NCBI RefSeq assembly: GCF_006345805.1
Contig: NC_042997.1
Span: 6,386,001 to 6,450,000 of the forward strand
Length of the DNA stretch: 64,000 bases
Direction: 5' to 3'
Source: Octopus sinensis
Lineage: Eukaryota
Shown here: one piece after another, positions 27,010-39,896 of the stretch
How the letters are laid out: every line of letters starts with the position of its first letter
Position numbering within the stretch: the first letter of the stretch is position 1
Translations under genes and position numbers: made by a program
Notes under the pieces: model-generated
Told to the model about the DNA's origin: nothing
The model's input: the letters and a program-made list of their open reading frames with translations, nothing else
The model's database searches: none

Positions 27010-28790
27010 GCATACACTGAACCGTGAAAGAAACGCGAGGCGTGTGTGTCTGAAATGTTTTAAGTTTATTAAGTCAGCGAAAAATTTTGATAAATCTGAT
27101 AATGCCAATTTCTCCGATGCATTTTGACCACAGTCTATGGGTCGTTCTTATGTGTCCTGGTAGTGGGCGGTTCCAGCACCTCGCGATTGTAGGGCGTGAC
27201 ATGTTCAAAAGAACATACACCGTCGGTACTCTGAGCGACCTCATTGAACTCATTTTATACCAAATTACCAAGTAAGTCGTTTTTTTCCGTTTTTAAAATT
27301 AAAATATCTTCCAAACTCACCGATGTTGGCAACGTGTTAATGTCTATCTCTTCGTACATCACATGCTCCTTTCCCTCAAACTTCTCCCTCGGTCTATGAA
27401 GTTGCCCTCCGCTCTCGACAGCACATCTCGTTTGTGCCGGTCACAACTCACAGACCGAAACATCCACTTTAGTAATGTCTATCCTTTGATTTCCATCGGC
27501 TAGTTCTTTAATGAAGACGTTATAAAAATGACACAACTCTTTCACAGGGTGGGGACTGGGGTTTGTGAACTCTTGTATGCCTGGTTGTATTTTTGTAGGG
27601 GCGAGGTCGGGGTCAGTGTTGGGTGGGACAGGTGGGGGTGTCATCAACACTGGTGTGTTCTCTTTGCCTTCTTCATGTTTCTTTTTGAAACCGTCGTCCA
27701 TGTCTTTCTTGTATCTTCTTCAACTTGTTTACGCGGCTCCTTACGGCACACTCACTCCGACTTTGACGCCGCAACGGGTATGTGTGCGGTCTCCACCGGT
27801 GTAGCCTCTGGTATTTTTGCAGAGTGTGCAACGCACCGTAGATTCCTGCCCTCCAACAATACTCTCAATTTCTTCTCGCCTACCACAATGATTTCTACGA
27901 TGGCTTCCAGATCGGTGTGGCAGACTGGATGACAATTTTCAGGCCTTGCTCCAGCAAGTTCCGCACTGTCATTCTCGCGGCCTGGAGGAATATATCATTC
28001 CAAGACAAGGAAGCCACGGAATATTACCTGGCATTTTCCTCTGAGGAGAATCGCACTTCCACTGTAGCATATTTCGCACCACTGGCCAGTACGTTATTTC
28101 CAGCCATATGGGTGCGAAGCGCTTCTCGATCTCCTTCATATCTGTCATTTCTATTCTCTCTTTCTTAATAAATGATTTAAAGATTACCGTCTTTTTATCA
28201 AGGTCTTCTGCGACTTCACTAGGAGTGGTCAGTATAACCTAGTACCCGTCCTTTTTCGTAAAGTCCTTATACCTCTGTTTAGGTCCTGCATTTTATAACA
28301 CTTTCTTCCTCTATAATAACGTTAACAACCGCAAAATATTTGACATTTTTCAAATCTTTACTTCCTCATTTTTCCAACTCCTCCACCATGCTGTTCACGC
28401 ATCTCATCAACTCCTCCGATGTCTCCACGTCGGACGATCTCACGTTTTCAGAACACATGTCAAAATAACAACATTTCTCCCTTTAAAAAAATGGGAATAA
28501 TGACACAAGTCCACCTCAAAGCAGTGAAGAAGAGTGGTACGAAAATAAACACAACAACATAATGGAAATTATTAACAAAGTGATATAAAAGTTAAACAGA
28601 CAAAAAGCGATTTTGATCGTTAATAACCAACACAGAGTTCAAATTGCGAATGCCAGGAACGCGGTTCAAATTGATTTACTCATAACCTCCACGACATGAA
28701 CTACCATTTGGGTTTTCATGACAACTGTTTGCGACTGCTACCCACGGCATTCAACGCAGTCGCGTCTAGCGTCATGTTTCATAGAAAATT
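27010..28790 (-). mobile_element. gag-like ORF1-only element D (distant relative of C)
   Basis: Minus strand: MTDMKEIEKRF...SGAKYATVEVRFSSEENA...IIVVGEKKLRVLLEGRNLRC...WTTVSKR...TPPPVPP. This aligns by eye with KGSVYGTVVFQF and LRVWVGGTIPRC of element C. Boundaries are approximate. Confidence 0.6.
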
Positions 28791-30237
28791 GAAAGGCTAC
28801 CTGAAATTTGTGCCTCAGCAATAAACCAGCATTTTTTTGGAATATTTACATATATCACCTAAATCGATTTTCAGAATTTAACAGAAAAGTTAGTTTTGAA
28901 AAAAATCGCGTTTCTTTTGCGGTACAGTGGATACAAAATTTTACAGTATGTTGAATACCATAAATGCATAGTATATGGCGAATCAATATATACTTTTACC
29001 ACTATAAACTAAAAATAAATTCGTATCTAATACATGGCAAGCCTGTTAGCAAGAAAAGTCCTTAGCGAATTACAATGAATATATTAAGAGAAAAAACATA
29101 ATCATATATTTATATATAATTTACGGCGACAGATGACCACAAAAGCCTAAACTGCAAATATGTTAGTTTAATCACAACAAAATAACTATTATTTTCCAAA
29201 ATGTTCATAATACGTACCAAAAAGCAATACAAAGTGTAGCTGATAAATATATTGATTTTGTGAGGTAACAAGTAACCAAATTAATTGTTGACATAAAAAC
29301 ATATGAATATTTGACAAAACATGTCAAGTTATACTGAGTTTCGGATTATGGTAAGTGCTTCAGTCAAATAATATCAAGTTATTGATATTTTGATTGCAGT
29401 GGGACTTTAAAAGGATATAAAGTAAATTTTAGGAAGGAGACAGGAACAATCCTCATATGGATAGAAGCTTCTGAGATAATTCAAAGCTTTCAAACAAGAG
29501 TAGAGCCATACCAACATGCTGAATATATAGAAAGCTGTGCTACTAATCAGGAGGTATATTATGGCGATTATTTTGAATACAATATCTTTAACAAAAGTAA
29601 TTCAGTTGTCCAAGAGGCATAGTGAAATAATATAAGAATTCAGGATTGCACTGACTGACTATATACTTTAAAATATTTCAGAAAAAGGATAAAACCAGAT
29701 GGCTAATGAAAAGAACCTTTATAACAATGAATGTATAACCCAATTCACGTCAAAACGAAACATTTTCCATTGATTTCCAACATGTTATATAGCGCATATA
29801 AATGCACTTCATACGACACACACAATCATTTGTAGAGTAGAGCAACTTAGACTTTGATTAACAATAGGAGAGAAAGGACTGACAATGATTGAAGAGTCTT
29901 TATCATTACTCTTCGCAATCACATTCAGTGTGGCACGAAAAGCGGCAGCCAAGTCTCTACAACTTGCAAATATATCAATTCCTAAGATTCATTGCCTTTC
30001 GGAACAAAAATCTAACGTTTGGACCATAGGAAACTTACCATTCGCGTAAAATACGGGGGGGGGGGAGCAGGAAATACAGCGACAAAGAAATATAAGATTG
30101 TATTGGTAACTGCAAAGAAATATCTTTGGAAAGATATGGTACGTGTTGGAGAATACAGAGTTATATTTAGTATAGCAATTCAGATAACTGTGTCACGATT
30201 ATAAGAATGTGGAAGGAATATAAGATTTAAGTTGGAA

Positions 30238-30677
30238 TGGCAGAAACATTAGCACGCCGGGCGAAATGCTTAGCGATATTTCGTCTGCCGTTACGCTCTG
30301 ATTTCAAATTACGCCGAGGTCGATTTTGCCTTTCATCCTCTCGGGGTCGATGAATTAAGTACCAGTTACGCACTGGGGTTTATATAATGTACTCAATCCC
30401 TTTGTCTGTCCTTCTATGTTTCCTCTGTGTGTAGCCCCTTGTGGGCAGTAAAGAAATAAGAAACATTAGCACGCCGGGCGAAATGCTTAGCAATATTTCG
30501 TCTGCCGTTACGTTCTGATTTCAAATTACGCCGAGGTCGATTTTGCCTTTCATCATCTCGGGGTCGATAAATTAAGTACCAGTTACACACTGCGGTCGAT
30601 GTAATCGACTTAATACCTTTGCCTGTTCTTGTTTGTCCCCTCAATGTTTAGCACCTTGTGGGCAATAAAGATATAAG
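30238..30677 (+). mobile_element. Two tandem copies of the same SINE family as 22387
   Basis: agaaacattagcacgccgggcgaaatgcttag... occurs at about 30242 and 30460. Confidence 0.85.
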
Positions 30678-32557
30678 AATGGAATAGTGCCTGGAAAACT
30701 AAAAAGAAACTGTGGGTAGCAAGCATTGTGTTGGTTTTATACAACAAAGAAGACTGAGAACCGTCTATAGCGAATAGAACTTGAAATATATCTACAGAGA
30801 TTATTTGCGTAGATAATTGTTGCACAAATATTACAAACGATACTTTAAATAAATTTTAAAATACAGTATTGAAATTGCAGATACAATCAAGTGACAAGTT
30901 TTAATACAACGATATGCATTAAAAGCAGACAACCTACAAAGCCATATATATTATACTAATATTCCTATTTATACAGAATCATACAGAAACAAACATGATT
31001 TTTAGTGAGTGTGAAAGTTTATGTGCATGTGTATGGGTGCGTTTGTACGCGCGCATGCACACGCGTGTGTGTGCGTTGTGCGTGTGTATAGAATATTATG
31101 GCTGATGTATTTCATCATTCAAACACCAATATTCTTTTAAAAATATGTATTTATTACTTGAAACATTTTAAGTATAGATTTTATATTCTGGAATATTTGT
31201 TTAGTTTGGATGGTCATGAAGCAAACAATATACACACACTGGTTCACTTTCGCTTGTTCATTAATAAACAAACAACATATCTATATCTTGCTTAATCGTT
31301 CGGTTTAACAATCAATCAGTTTTCTGCCAATGTATATTCATCGTTTCTAAGCAGATTTACCTGAGAAACTACGTGTCATTAATGAGGTTGACGAAAGAAC
31401 TTTGATAGGTAACTCATTCATTGTTTTTTTTTCGGATCGGTTGGCTCGTCGGTTAACCAGTTGCATGATCAATAAGTAAAGAAGTAAAATTGAATGGTGC
31501 ATATGTTTATTAGCATCGGAATGACATCACCCCATGAAACATCACAATCCGTTTTAACACGCAAGTTCTCAACAAGAACCTTGAAACAAAATGCGAAAGG
31601 AAAGAATTGTTGTTAAACAAATAAATCATTAAACTCGAATCTGTTATAAACTAGAGTAAGTTGAATACAGTTTATTCCACATCTAAATCATTCACCTGGC
31701 AAATATCCAGTGGCAAGTATTCCTAAAATTATTTGTATGTGTGTGTGTGTGTGTGTGTGTGTGGCTTTGTGTGTCTGTGTGTGTGTTTGTGTGAGTGTGT
31801 GTGTCTTTGTGTGAGTGTGTGTGCGTGTGTTTGAACGTGTATGCGGCTGCATGTGCAAGTGCGCTTAAAACTGTAGCTGTTGTTTCTCAGCGGTAAATGA
31901 ACTTCAACTTTCAATAGCAAGTATTTTTTTTTCTGAATCTTTACATTTACTCTTTGAAACTAATCACCGACTCTGTTGCTAAACATCTGTACCATCAAAA
32001 TATAATGCAATATAAACTAGATTAGATTCTATGAACTTAATGCTACATCAATTGCATTATTCTGCAGAACATATCCGCATAATTACCATCAATAATTCGA
32101 GTTTCAAGGTGATACATATTGCAGTGATCACTAATAACAATACTGCGAAAATCAATATTAATCAAGATATAATCATGAATGAAATTAGATGTCATATTTT
32201 GTAATCATCGATGGATTGTCAGTGGATTTATTCAGATGTGAGGCAGATTAATTTTTCCAGGTCATACAGGGTTGTTATCTATCTTCTTAATACGCAACTG
32301 GTAAAATGATGCATTTTGGATATATACGCCGACAAACATTCAAAGGTTTCAGACATCGTGAGCGTAGTACTTTCCTAATGAGTAAGTTTGGAAGTAGAAG
32401 CAACACATGTAATATATTTATAAAAATCTAATGGAGGAGATTTGTTTGTTTCAATTCTTATACACTGCAATATTCGATTTGTTGTTCAGGCATTTAACAA
32501 TGAAAAGTTAATAGAACATTTCACAACACACACATGCACATACGCAAACACACGGGT

Positions 32558-32650
<93 letters not shown>

Positions 32651-32829
32651 TATAATTCGCCATGATAGATCGCTAGCAACTACATACATTCTTTCTTTCC
32701 TTGTTTCTTTCTGTGTTGTTTCTCTGGAAGTGCATAGGCACGAAACGTTAAAGACTTTTTCTATTCCAGAGCGTTATAGTAATATATATGTTTATTTTTC
32801 TACACCACCTATCTTCTACACTCAGGCCT

Positions 32830-33260
32830 ATTCCCGATTTTTAAGGAGTGGGTAGCCACAACAAGACATGCACTCGGCGGGCCATTCATTCCCAGCCTCG
32901 AAGAGGCCAGCCCAACTCTATGCTCGGGTGAAGGCACATAAAGCAACCCCCAATATCCACAGCATGGTCGGCAACACTCCCATCGCATCATGCCAGTTTG
33001 CTACCCCCTTGAGCAACAACAAACTCACTCAGCCATCCACAAATACTCGCTTAAGTTTCCTATAATGTATAAATCCTCTTGCCTCTTTCATTCCAACATC
33101 TGTAAACACCAAAGCTTTCCTCACTCCGTTCACCCATCGACACAAACCGAGGTCTGCCTTCCGTTCTGCTGCCTACCACTCTACATTCATCACTCTTCTT
33201 AAATGCTGTTCCTCCATCCTCTTCATCCTCAGTCACAGCATTCATGCGTGACATGAAAGG
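32830..33260 (-). mobile_element. RTE-clade LINE 3' fragment, degenerate
   Basis: Minus-strand frames give KRVMNVE..., GSRTEGRPRF...WVNGVRKAL, resembling the RTE C-terminal R(P)RGRPR..W.DGVKK motif. Confidence 0.6.
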
Positions 33261-33268
33261 CAACTAAA

Positions 33269-33401
33269 AGGGGCGGGAGCGGAAGGCACTGGAAAACCAC
33301 TCCTCCTAGTAAGTTCATACTACTAAAAGGACAAGAAGAATATATTTTTAAGAATATGAAATTACTAGGAGTGGATTTCCAGTCCCTTTGCTCCAACCCC
33401 T
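33269..33401. repeat. Small fold-back element (~48-bp arms)
   Basis: aggggcgggagcggaaggcactggaaaaccactcctcctagtaagttcata versus reverse complement aggggttggagcaaagggactggaaatccactcctagtaatttcata. Confidence 0.7.
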
Positions 33402-34522
33402 GTTACTCGCATCTTACGTCATATATACACTGTCAGTATTTCATCTCAAATCCCTGCTAACATAGAATAGATTTACCAAGTGTAACCTAGAATATACTCG
33501 ACAATTTCGATTAATGTACAAACGCAGGTCGTTACTGTTGCTTTTCGTCGTGAGAAAACGAATCCATTACAAAATTAATTCCTAAGAAAACTTCAGTAAA
33601 TCAATATGATACAGAACGACAATAGAACTATGTTTAAATATGTGGGTGCCAATGATCCTAAAATTCGAAGTGAATTTAAATATTTTTACTTTATTCCTTT
33701 TACAAGTGGGTAGAGAAAGGATTGTTAGGCAGCCTTTGTAACACCTATCTTCATCCAATTAAGGGGAATGGCGGTATAAGCCAGTTCCTGAAAGCCACAA
33801 CTAGCCAATGTCCACTGTGGGCGTAGCTGAATCGCAAGATATTTTTACAAAGGAATCCAAATGACACACAAATTTAACACAAACACACAAACCTACGCTG
33901 CTATATAAGCTGTTCAGCAACTCTCCATCCGTTACACTGAGAATTAATTTTTTGTCAATTTTTGGTCTGAAACGGTTCTTCCATTTCAAGCGCATAATTC
34001 AATCTGAATCGCAAAATATGAGTGAAGATAAGAAATTGAATCGTACGTAGGCGATATAAAATTGACTATTATATAAATAAATTGATTTTTGATTGTGTTT
34101 AAACTGTAATTTTTCCTTATGTTATATTATTGATTATCTGGTCTTCTATATCGAATGGATGAAAATGTCTATATCGACTACTGGAACCTCAAATGTGTTA
34201 TCACTAATATGAAAACAAAAGACGAAGAGTGATGGGGAAAGAAAATCCAGTTCTAGTTGGACACTCGGGAAGATTAGAAATGTCTTTAATCATACGAGCA
34301 TACGTTCTTCCACATAAAGCATAGGGAGGAAAAATGGAGATTGAATGAACAATGGAGAGAGAATAATATGTATGTGTATATATGAATACACACACAGACA
34401 TATAAACTGATAGATAGATAGATAGATAGATAGGTAGATATGTGTGTGTGTTTCTGTGTACGTGTGCGTTTGTGTGGTGTGTGTATAAACAATTTCCAAA
34501 ACGACGTATATACAACACACAC

Positions 34523-34570
<48 letters not shown>

Positions 34571-35422
34571 GTGTGTGTGTGCACATATAGATATATAGTT
34601 GAAATTTTCAGAAAATGAAAATCGACGACAGGTATAGAAACAACACACAGGTTTATTAGTTTGACGCCCGGAAAGGTGAGACAGTATTTTAAGTGGGAGA
34701 CTGGCACACTTAAAAGTGCGCGCAATATATACTTAAAACTGGAAATACCAGAGCCAGTGTATTTAACGTTAGGACCCCTTAAATTAATGAATTTAAACCT
34801 CATTCAACATCAACATATCGTGTAAGATTGATTACTCTAATAACATGAGTTTGTGCATTTTAGCGTTCTCAGTTGTGTTTCTAAGAAAAAGAAAGATTAC
34901 AGCACTGTGCTATCACGCATTATTGCACAGGCACTAATGAAGACATATTGAAATATTGAAAAAATTAAAGCTTGGACGTAAAGTATTCTACAGTTTTCAA
35001 TGCTACTTTCCATCAATGTTGCATTGCTATGGTGTTTGCACACATTTCAATTGAATTTAACACCGTAGGATAGTCGTCGATAATTACTTTATTTTTCACA
35101 TTTTCCGTTCATAAAATTGGTTTCAAATATTAGATATGAATCAGGGAGTACTTACCGTATATTATGAAGCCGAAAGATGAAAAGCAAAATTGACCTCAAC
35201 ATTATTTGAATCCCGAACCTAAAGACGGACAAAATGCCACATCGAAAAGTATTCCGTTATTATGTTTCCAATTTTGAAGTATAATCGAAACTGGTAATCA
35301 ACTGCACTTTACATTGTTTAATTTATCAAACCTTCCGAGTAACAAATATTCTCTAATTTTAAATACATTCACAAATATTATACATGCATTTATGTATGTA
35401 AGTATGCTTTCGTGCATGTATG

Positions 35423-35430
35423 TAATTAAC

Positions 35431-35491
<61 letters not shown>

Positions 35492-35786
35492 TATATATAT
35501 ATAGGTACACACACACACACATACATATATATAAATATATATATATATATAGGTACATATATATTTATATATAGGTACATATATATATATTTATATATAT
35601 GTACATATATAGATATTTATTTATAGGTACATATATAGATATTTATTTATAGATATTTATTATAGGTACATATATATATATATATATAGGTACATATATA
35701 TATATATTTATATATATGTACATATATAGATATTTATTTATAGGTACATATATAGATATTTATTTATAGATATTTATTTATAGGTA

Positions 35787-35817
<31 letters not shown>

Positions 35818-35838
35818 ACGTATATATATACATATATA

Positions 35839-35883
<45 letters not shown>

Positions 35884-35930
35884 TACGTATATATGTATAT
35901 ACAAATACACATATATATGTGTGTGTGTGC
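35423..35930. repeat. (TA)-rich compound micro/minisatellite
   Basis: (TA)n with repeated tataggtacatatatagatatttattta units. Confidence 0.9.
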
Positions 35931-36494
35931 CCATGCGTGTATGAACGAATTAATCGCTGACAAGGTATGAGAGACGAAAATTATAAAAAACCAAAACGAT
36001 TTTAAATGTTTGTTACAGAAAATGATGATTTATGATGACAAGGAAACCTATATAATAGCTTGTGGGATAGAAACTATTACTTTAAGTTAAGTAGATACAT
36101 TTTAAACTTAAATCGAATTCAGACGGTTGATTCTGACGCGCAACTTTTCAATGCTACTTTTTTTGTGATTCTCTTCATACGATATTTTTCTAACTTCTAA
36201 TACGGAAGTTTATGATAAATGGTGATGTACACAATTGTTACTTGCATTTCATGTTTTTGTTGAGGCAATTTTAAACCTTGTATATCTTCTCTAAGCATAA
36301 ATCTGACAAACCCAGTGGTTATTAAGAAATGTATTCCAAAATGACCGTTTCTGTTTTAGAATTATGGCAATTCACTAGCGTATACCGCTTGCAGTGATGA
36401 AAATGTCTTCTCTCCTGTTACCGGTACGTTGAAAACAACAGTAATGAATTAGTTAAACCCATAATAAATAACTCGAAGGAAACAATATATATGT

Positions 36495-37432
36495 CCTGTT
36501 TGTGGCATACATTAATGACATAGATGCCAATTTAAAGAATGCCACAGTATTGAAATATGCAGACGGCATCAAGCTGTACCTTGAAATCAAGAGGACTGAT
36601 CCTGATGTCTACAACTCTTTCCTGCAATCAGACCTAGACACAATGCAGCAATGGATCACAGACTGGCAACTGAAACTGGCTGTGGACAAGTGTACCACCA
36701 TGCATTTTGGGAGGAAAAACCCTGCGTCCACATACACCCTTCACAACACTGATATCAAGAAATCCTCTTGCGAGCGTGACCTAGGCATCACTGTCAGCAG
36801 TGATTTGCGTTGGACAAAGCATATCTCTAAAATTGTCAAGAAGGCCGAGGGTGTCTTGGCATCACTCAGCAAGACTTTTGTTAGCCGCTCTCCAGCCATC
36901 TATTTAAAACTGTATACAGCTATGGTACGACCACACTTGGAATTCGCATCATCAGTTTGGAATCCCTATCTTGCTCAGAACATTGACCTCCTGGAATCTG
37001 TCCAGAGACGTGCAACCAAACGCATACCCTCCATCAGACACCTACCATATTCTGAGCGCCTTCTTTCCCTGGGCATGGATTCACTGAAGCTCCGGCGTCT
37101 GGCGACGGACTTGGTAAACACCCACAAGGTTATCAACTACCTCACCAACAACAACACTGAACACCTTTTTGATCTCCATGTGTCTAACACACGTGGACAT
37201 GCCTACAAAGTCAGAATACAGCACAGCTCCCATGACTTTCGGAAACATTTTTTCACGCTCAGGGTTGCTCAAGCGTGGAATAACTGCCTGCATCAGTTGT
37301 TGACTGCCATGACACTGCATCCTTTAAGCCCTCATGCTTCCCGAAATCCGTCGAAATTACACCTGATTATATATACACTTTAGATGAGTTGTAGTGCACC
37401 TGAGCACTGTACACAATTATTGTTATTACTAT
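36495..37432 (+). mobile_element. CR1/L2-group LINE, 5'-truncated ORF2 (RT C-terminal half)
   Basis: ORF 36502..37383: YINDI...KYADGIKLY (YADD-like), ERDLGITVSSDL, LYTAMVRPHLEFASSVWNPY, LESVQRRATK, TRGHAYK, FFTLRVAQAWN; (ATT)n-like tail. Confidence 0.92.
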
Positions 37433-37436
37433 TATT

Positions 37437-37510
<74 letters not shown>

Positions 37511-37766
37511 TATATACATATATATATATATATATATTTAATTAATCAATATAGGGTGGCAAGGAAAATTTTGTAGAATTTTATTGCCACCAGCGGCCCA
37601 GTGGGAAAAAATTAAATAGTCATAGACCATTTTTAAGTTCAACATTAACAATTAAGGAACGACCATAATAGGCCATTCACCCACTAGAAATAACAGCCAA
37701 AGCTTCTACCGCAAATAAAGATTAATTCCGTAAACAGGAGAAAATTAAAAAAACATTTACCCTGTA

Positions 37767-37871
37767 ATTTCTTGTACGGTATACCGTTTCATCCGCTGTT
37801 TAATGGTAAACTAACCTGATTAAATTAAATCAAGCCATCTTCCATAAGCCCTCGATTCTTCAGCAAGAAAT
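37767..37871 (-). ncRNA. Type I hammerhead ribozyme, copy 1
   Basis: The reverse complement has ATTTCTTG-CTGAAGA-ATCG(1-nt deletion)...CGGAT-GAAA-CGGTATACCG-TA/CAAGAAAT. Confidence 0.8.
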
Positions 37872-38251
37872 AGCTATCAAGTCGGAACAGATATTTACAC
37901 GAGGCATACCCAATCTTGCCAAGGCAATATCTGACCTAAAATTTCAAATCGTCGCACTCGCGCCAAATTTATCGGCAGCAAATAAATATCAGCCGTCGAT
38001 TCCATTACGGAATTAACCAAAAATTCATAATTAATCAATATGGGTGGCAAGGAAAATTTTGTAGAATTTTATTGCCACCAGCGGCCCAGTGGGAAAAAAT
38101 TAAATAGTCATAGACCATTTTTAAGTTCAACATTAACAATTAAGGAACGACATAATAGGCCATTCACCCCTAGAAATACAGCCAAAGCTTCTACCGCAAA
38201 TAAAGATTAATTCCGTAAACAGGAGAAAAATAAAAAAACATTTACCCTGTA

Positions 38252-38359
38252 ATTTCTTGTACGGTATACCGTTTCATCCTCCGTTTTAATGGTAAACTAA
38301 CCTGATTAAATTAAATCAAGCCAATCTTCCATAAGCCCGCGGATTCTTCAGCAAGAAAT
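38252..38359 (-). ncRNA. Type I hammerhead ribozyme, copy 2
   Basis: Same core; stem II ATCC/GGAT retained, with variant sequence next to it. Confidence 0.8.
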
Positions 38360-38814
38360 AGCTCAAGTCGGAACAGATATTTACACGAGGCATACCCAAT
38401 CTTGCCAAGGCAATATCTGACCTAAAATTTTACAGGGTAAATGTTTTTTTAATTTTCTCCTGTTTACGGAATTAATCTTTATTTGCGGTAGAAGCTTTGG
38501 CTGTTATTTCTAGTGGGTGAATGGCCTATTATGGTCGTTCCTTTATTGTTAATGTTGAACTTAAAAATGGTCTATGACTATTTAATTTTTTCCCACTGGG
38601 CCGCTGGTGGCAATAAAATTCTACAAAATTTTCCTTGCCACCCTATATTGATTAATTATGAATTTTTTGGTTAATTCCGTAATGGAATCGACGGCTGATA
38701 TTTATTTGCTGCCGATAAATTTGGCGCGAGTGCGACGATTTGAAAATTTTAGGTCAGATATTGCCTTGGCAAGATTGGGTATGCCTCGTGTAAATATCTG
38801 TTCCGACTTGAGCT

Positions 38815-38921
38815 ATTTCTTGCTGAAGAATCCGCGGGCTTATGGAAGATTGGCTTGATTTAATTTAATCAGGTTAGTTTACCATTAAACAGCGGATGAA
38901 ACGGTATACCGTACAAGAAAT
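38815..38921 (+). ncRNA. Type I hammerhead ribozyme, copy 3 (intact)
   Basis: Stem I ATTTCTTG(38815)/CAAGAAAT(38914), CTGAAGA 38823-29, stem II ATCCG/CGGAT, GAAA 38898-901, stem III ACGG-TATA-CCGT, predicted cleavage after GTA at 38913. Confidence 0.92.
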
Positions 38922-39298
38922 TACAGGGTAATGTTTTTTTAATTTTCTCCTGTTTACGGAATTAATCTTTATTTGCGGTAGAAGCTTTGGCTGTTATTTC
39001 TAGTGGGTGAATGGCCTATTATGGTCGTTCCTTAATTGTTAATGTAACTTAAAAATGGTCTATGACTATTTATTTTTCCCACTGGGCCGCTGGTGGCAAT
39101 AAAATTCTACAAAATTTCCTTGCCACCCTATATTGATTAATTATGAATTTTTTGTTAATTCCGTAATGGAATCGACGGCTGATATTTATTTGCTGCCGAT
39201 AAATTTGGCGCGAGTGCGACGATTTGAAAATTTTAGGTCAGATATTGCCTTGGCAAGATTGGGTATGCCTCGTGTAAATATCTGTTCCGACTTGAGCT

Positions 39299-39403
39299 AT
39301 TTCTTGCTGAAGAATCCGAGGGCTTATGGAAGATTGGCTTGATTTAATTTAATCAGGTTAGTTTACCATTAACAGCGGATGAAACGGTATACCGTACAAA
39401 AAT
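39299..39403 (+). ncRNA. Type I hammerhead ribozyme, copy 4
   Basis: Core intact; the stem I 3' strand lacks one G (CAAAAAT); predicted cleavage after 39396. Confidence 0.85.
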
Positions 39404-39782
39404 TACAGGGTAAATGTTTTTTTAATTTTCTCCTGTTTACGGATAATCTTTATTTGCGGTAGAAGCTTTGGCTGTTATTCTAGTGGGTGAATGGCCTATT
39501 ATGGTCGTTCCTTTATTGTTAATGTTGAACTTAAAAATGGTCTATGACTATTTAATTTTTTCCCACTGGGCCGCTGGTGGCAATAAAATTCTACAAAATT
39601 TTCCTTGCCACCCTATATTGATTAATTATGAATTTTTTGTTAATTCCGTAATGGAATCGACGGCTGATATTTATTGCTGCCGATAAATTTGGCGCGAGTG
39701 CGACGATTTGAAAATTTTAGGTCAGATATTGCCTTGGCAAGATTGGGTATGCCTCGTGTAAATATCTGTTCCGACTTGAGCT

Positions 39783-39896
39783 ATTTCTTGCTGAAGAATC
39801 CGCGGGCTTATGGAAGATTGGCTTGATTTAATTAATCAGGTTAGTTTACCATTAAACAGCGGAGAAATGGATGAAACGGTATACCGTACAAGAAAT
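39783..39896 (+). ncRNA. Type I hammerhead ribozyme, copy 5
   Basis: Core intact; short insertion in the stem II region (cggagaaatggat); predicted cleavage after 39888. Confidence 0.85.

Noticed and set aside
29400-30110. Stop-poor hydrophobic stretches on the minus strand (also about 7850-7920, 34880-35040 and 43900-44150) suggesting decayed membrane-protein exons
   Set aside because: AT-rich DNA readily gives I/F/L/Y-rich frames; no family motif could be identified and the frames contain stops.
38300-38560. The inversion as a simple fold-back read artefact
   Set aside because: The arms start at different registers and have different lengths, and the two outer flanks are different sequences rather than mirror images. 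This is not fully excluded: homopolymer indels among units suggest residual long-read error, so the exact unit number and per-copy defects are uncertain.
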